Assembly: GCA_964653685.1 (NCBI GenBank)
Contig: CAZZHA010000001.1
Coordinates: 5,794-69,793 of the forward strand
From: an uncultured Gammaproteobacteria bacterium
GTDB lineage: Bacteria; Patescibacteriota; Microgenomatia; PFEM01; JAHIFH01
Direction: 5' to 3'
DNA length: 64,000 bases
A program made the position numbers and the translations under genes. The notes under the pieces were generated by a model that was not told the origin of the DNA, did not search any database, and worked only from the letters and a program-made list of their open reading frames with translations. This document shows, piece by piece, positions 63,168 to 64,000 of the stretch (the first letter of the stretch is position 1; each line of letters starts with the position of its first letter).

Positions 63168-64000
63168 TCACTCTTCAATCTTGGCTCGCTCCGGAGTCAC
63201 CGGAATTAAACGACCAATGATTACATTTTCTTTAAGCCCGAGCAACTTATCTTCTTTCCCTTCAACTGCGGCATCGGTCAAAACAATGGTGGTTCTTTCA
63301 AAAGAGGCAGCCGAAAGCCAGGATTCGGTGTAAATTGAAGAACGACTTATTCCCAGGATTACCACTTGAGCTGAGGCCGGCTCACCACCCTCAGCCAGTA
63401 CTTTTTCATTCTCTTCTTCAAAAGTAGTCCGATTAACAAACTGACCAGGCAATAAAGAAGTATCGCCTGAAGTTTCTATCCGAACTTTATCGCTCATTTT
63501 CTTCACAATCACCTCAAAATGCTTATCTTGAATCTGAATTCCTTGTGATTCATAAACCATCTGTAGCTCCTCAATCAAATAGGCCTGAGCAGCTTTTAGA
63601 CCTCTAACTTCTAACACTTCTCTTGTATCAAGCGATCCAGTCGCTAATTGAGTCCCCGCATCAACCAAGTCTTTATCATTAACATTAATTTCACTAACTG
63701 CTGGGATAAGATATTCTTTTTCTTCAGGAGGTTTAACACCAACTGTCTTAATTTTTATTCTATAACCTTCTTCTGTTTCCAAAACTTCAACCTTCCCAGC
63801 AATTTCGGCTAGGGGTGCCAAAATTTTGGGTTTTCTAGCTTCAAATAGCTCTTCAACTCTCGGCAAACCCTGAGTCACGTCAGAAACAGCAATCCCACCA
63901 AAATGATGAGTTCTTAAAGTCAGCTGAGTACCTGGTTCGCCAATTGATTGAGCTCCGATTACCCCTACTGGTGTCCCTATTTCTACCATAGTTTTAGTGG
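63168..64000 (-). CDS. rpoC: DNA-directed RNA polymerase beta' subunit, C-terminal part (N-terminus outside the window)
   Basis: Trigger-loop region [28 protein letters not shown] and C-terminal [10 protein letters not shown]. The open frame continues to the window edge. Confidence 0.93.
   Translation of the reverse strand, partial: TKTMVEIGTPVGVIGAQSIGEPGTQLTLRTHHFGGIAVSDVTQGLPRVEELFEARKPKILAPLAEIAGKVEVLETEEGYRIKIKTVGVKPPEEKEYLIPAVSEINVNDKDLVDAGTQLATGSLDTREVLEVRGLKAAQAYLIEELQMVYESQGIQIQDKHFEVIVKKMSDKVRIETSGDTSLLPGQFVNRTTFEEENEKVLAEGGEPASAQVVILGISRSSIYTESWLSAASFERTTIVLTDAAVEGKEDKLLGLKENVIIGRLIPVTPERAKIEE

Overview
This is a gene-dense, low-GC bacterial window, mostly minus-strand. Several traits point to a reduced-genome Candidate Phyla Radiation (Patescibacteria)-type organism, though this is inference: there is no uL30 gene between rpsE and rplO, the RNase P RNA is compact, several housekeeping enzymes lack accessory domains, there are many DUF proteins, and there is an LTD surface protein. 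TGA acts as a normal stop (the secD stop overlaps the secF start as ATGA), so the standard code 11 applies.

Gene content:
- 1-35 kb holds housekeeping genes: a two-component pair, pyrF-pyrE, a GH1 beta-glucosidase, gltX, a PBP5-like carboxypeptidase, aspS, recJ, cca, a six-gene operon ending in secDF, uppP, rnpB (RNase P RNA, not in the ORF track), miaA, an ABC-2 transporter, hup, rny, recX-recA and tRNA-Pro(GGG). It also holds a four-gene operon of poorly characterised families (DUF5320, DUF134, thioredoxin-CcdA fusion, YibE/F).
- 35-64 kb is the ribosomal superoperon on the minus strand: rpoC-rpsL-rpsG-fusA-tuf-rpsJ, then rplC through rplQ, with rplM-rpsI fused on at the end.

Most notable observations:
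1. The superoperon is interrupted twice by non-ribosomal DNA. A roughly 6.8-kb island lies between rpsJ and rplC. It carries a degenerate rve-type transposase fragment, a repeated ~30-nt element and individually promoted genes. A roughly 1-kb insert (sulfotransferase plus a Cys/His-containing unknown) lies between rpsG and fusA.
2. rplC has its own consensus promoter and a leader that ends in a terminator-like hairpin 13 nt before the start codon.
3. Many first-in-operon genes, including infA and rpsL, have a -10 box, often with an extended TGn, only 6-9 nt upstream of the start codon. This implies leaderless mRNAs.
4. Two small genes fall below the ORF-track cutoff: rpmJ and a DUF5679-like zinc ribbon.

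No CRISPR array, rRNA or intact mobile element was seen. All calls rest on reading the sequence by eye and on motif recognition, with no searches run.
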